Shown here: positions 62,272-64,000 of the stretch, in pieces
Layout: each line of letters begins with the position of its first letter
How positions within the stretch are numbered: the stretch's first letter is position 1
DNA from: Magallana gigas
Taxonomy: Eukaryota
DNA length: 64,000 nt
NCBI RefSeq assembly: GCF_963853765.1
Contig: NC_088855.1
Coordinates: 22,878,001 to 22,942,000 of the forward strand
Direction of reading: 5' to 3'
The notes under the pieces: model-generated
Told to the model about the DNA's origin: nothing
Databases searched by the model: none
The model's input: only the letters and a program-made list of their open reading frames with translations
Made by a program: the position numbers and the translations under genes

Positions 62272-63605
62272 ATGGACGACTTTGAAGACGATGAAGAAAA
62301 TATGTGGGAAGGCAGGCACGATGTGGGCGATGTAAGTGTTAATTCAATGAGTTTTTTAAATTTTAAAATTTGTTGTGATCAATTTGTCACGTTGATATTC
62401 TATGAGCAGATGAAAAATATCTAGAACTGCGCATTTTCATTGACATCAGAAAATTTTGAGAAAATAATTGTGACATAAAAATCTCATTTAATTTGTAAAT
62501 TAGTCAGCTTAGTAAATGGTAACAAAGGGAATCTCTCGAATTATAGTATCATATTGAATCCTTGGAGAGAAATCTTCATTGGCTTCATAAACAAAGTCAA
62601 TTTACATGATAAAAGTGCACACACAGCATTGATGCATTACCTTTGTCATCATATGAAAAACGCATTGAAAACAACAAACACCCAGAAAATAAATGAAAAA
62701 AAATCTTAAGTTTGATCAATCTAATTAAAATCTTCCACGCGACATATCGAAAACCAGGGAGCGGATGGAAGTTCTAATTTTAATTAGATTGAAGTTTGAT
62801 AATATATAAAAATCTGGATATCCTACCTCTTTATGTGAAATAGATGGAATGAAAAAAATATAAACTATTATAGTCACCAGATGAGGATGACGAAGATGAA
62901 GAAGAAAAAATGGCTGCCCAACAGGAATGTGTGGACCTGTTCTCCTCTAAGGATTACATCATGGAGCCAGGAGTGTTCGGCACACTGAAAAGGTAACAAA
63001 GCCGTTAACTGTGATCAATTTATTTGTTTCTGTTAATCATGATTATTTGAAATGATATCTTAACCAAACATGGATATTCATTTATGTTTCTCTAGATTTC
63101 TGCAAGCCGGTGGATCTCCAGAGAAAGTTGTGGAGATGTTGTCAGATAACTACACAGCAGTAGCCCAGACTGTGAATCTCTTGGCAGAGTGGCTCATCCA
63201 AGCAGGTAATGTCAGAGCCTATGTAAATAACCTGGCTTCTCCGCATTTTCCTTATACATGGACTTGTATCTATAAAGTCACTAAACAATTTATACTTCTA
63301 AAATTCAATTCTTATTCTTATGCATGAATTGATTGACTAAATGGATTAATGATGCATGCATAAAATTTCGTAGTGCACATCAAAATGTAAGACCGGGATT
63401 AAAAAGATATCAATACACATGGTATTACCGGTATATTTCAATGAATGGTATGTTGATTAGCATATGCATTGCTTATGTATGAATGTTTGTTCCAGGTGTG
63501 GACATTAAGATTGTACAGGAGATGGTAGAGAATCACTTAAAGTCAATGATTATGAAGCACTTTGACCCCAAAAAGGCTGATTCCATTTTCACTGATGAGG
63601 GAGAG
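62272..63605 (+). CDS. NELFCD: Negative elongation factor C/D (TH1-like), first four coding exons; gene continues beyond the window
   Basis: Exons 62272-62331, 62874-62992, 63096-63205, 63496-63605. The peptide [52 protein letters not shown]...[28 protein letters not shown] matches the conserved NELF-C/D N-terminus as I recall it. Confidence 0.95.
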
Positions 63606-64000
63606 GTAGGGCTTCATCAAAAGAAAAGAGAAACCATGCAACTAGTTATTAAGATAAAAAAGTAAATGCATTTTATAAATGCTAGAACTGAACACATGTT
63701 GTAAAATGTACTACATGCAGTACAACTCCTTAGAATCTTGAAGATAGTATCATAATGCTTTTTAGTCTGCCTAAAATCAGAGTTCACATTTATTTCCATT
63801 TTCTTATTGTTGCCATCACTCTGGCATTCATAGTATGGAATTAAGTGAGAAGAAAAATTCTGATATGACCAATAATCAGAGTATAGAAATAAAAGTAAAA
63901 TTGAGGTCTGCATCTTGTCAGACTTGTTTGCTCTGCTTTTAAACTTAAAATACTGATAAACATGAACATGTTTGCATAAAAAAAGTGACAAAGATGAACA

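Noticed and set aside
62881-62992. Acceptor at 62880 for NELFCD exon 2
   Set aside because: Phase mismatch with exon 1; the acceptor at 62873 restores the frame.

Overview
AT-rich, intron-containing animal genomic DNA, almost certainly an oyster (Crassostrea/Magallana gigas group). The species call rests on a ~166-bp Cg170/HindIII-type satellite carried inside Helentron-associated (HINE) elements and on intronless nAChR-like paralogues. I rebuilt exon chains by hand; each complete CDS sums to a multiple of 3 with consistent intron phases. Left to right: (1) a 4-coding-exon secreted phospholipase A2 (+, 4470-7700, 160 aa); (2) two intronless 409-aa Cys-loop nAChR-like genes (+, 9938-11167 and 16677-17906) plus an eroded third copy (~20811-21030); (3) a decayed Thr-rich mucin-like repeat; (4) a 9-exon purple acid phosphatase (ACP7-like) with an extra stalk, TM helix and cytoplasmic tail (-, 32356-24300, 576 aa, one GC-AG intron); (5) head-to-head with it, a CUB-like/CUB/CUB/LDLa/TM protein with a long PY-motif tail (+, 35551-48378, 957 aa), whose fifth coding exon's splice junction is amplified into a ~43-copy 29-bp minisatellite; (6) an 11-exon FG-GAP-repeat protein resembling plant NERD1 (-, 61766-52454, 680 aa); (7) head-to-head with it, the first four exons of NELFCD/TH1L (+, from 62272). 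No autonomous transposase, true tRNA/rRNA gene or CRISPR array is supported. The most interesting leads are the nAChR-like channels lacking canonical ACh-binding residues, the splice-donor minisatellite, TTAA-flanked TIR elements that each carry a tRNA-like Pol III cassette, the membrane-anchored phosphatase and an amphipathic peptide tail on the PLA2. All family assignments come from motif recognition; no database search was run.
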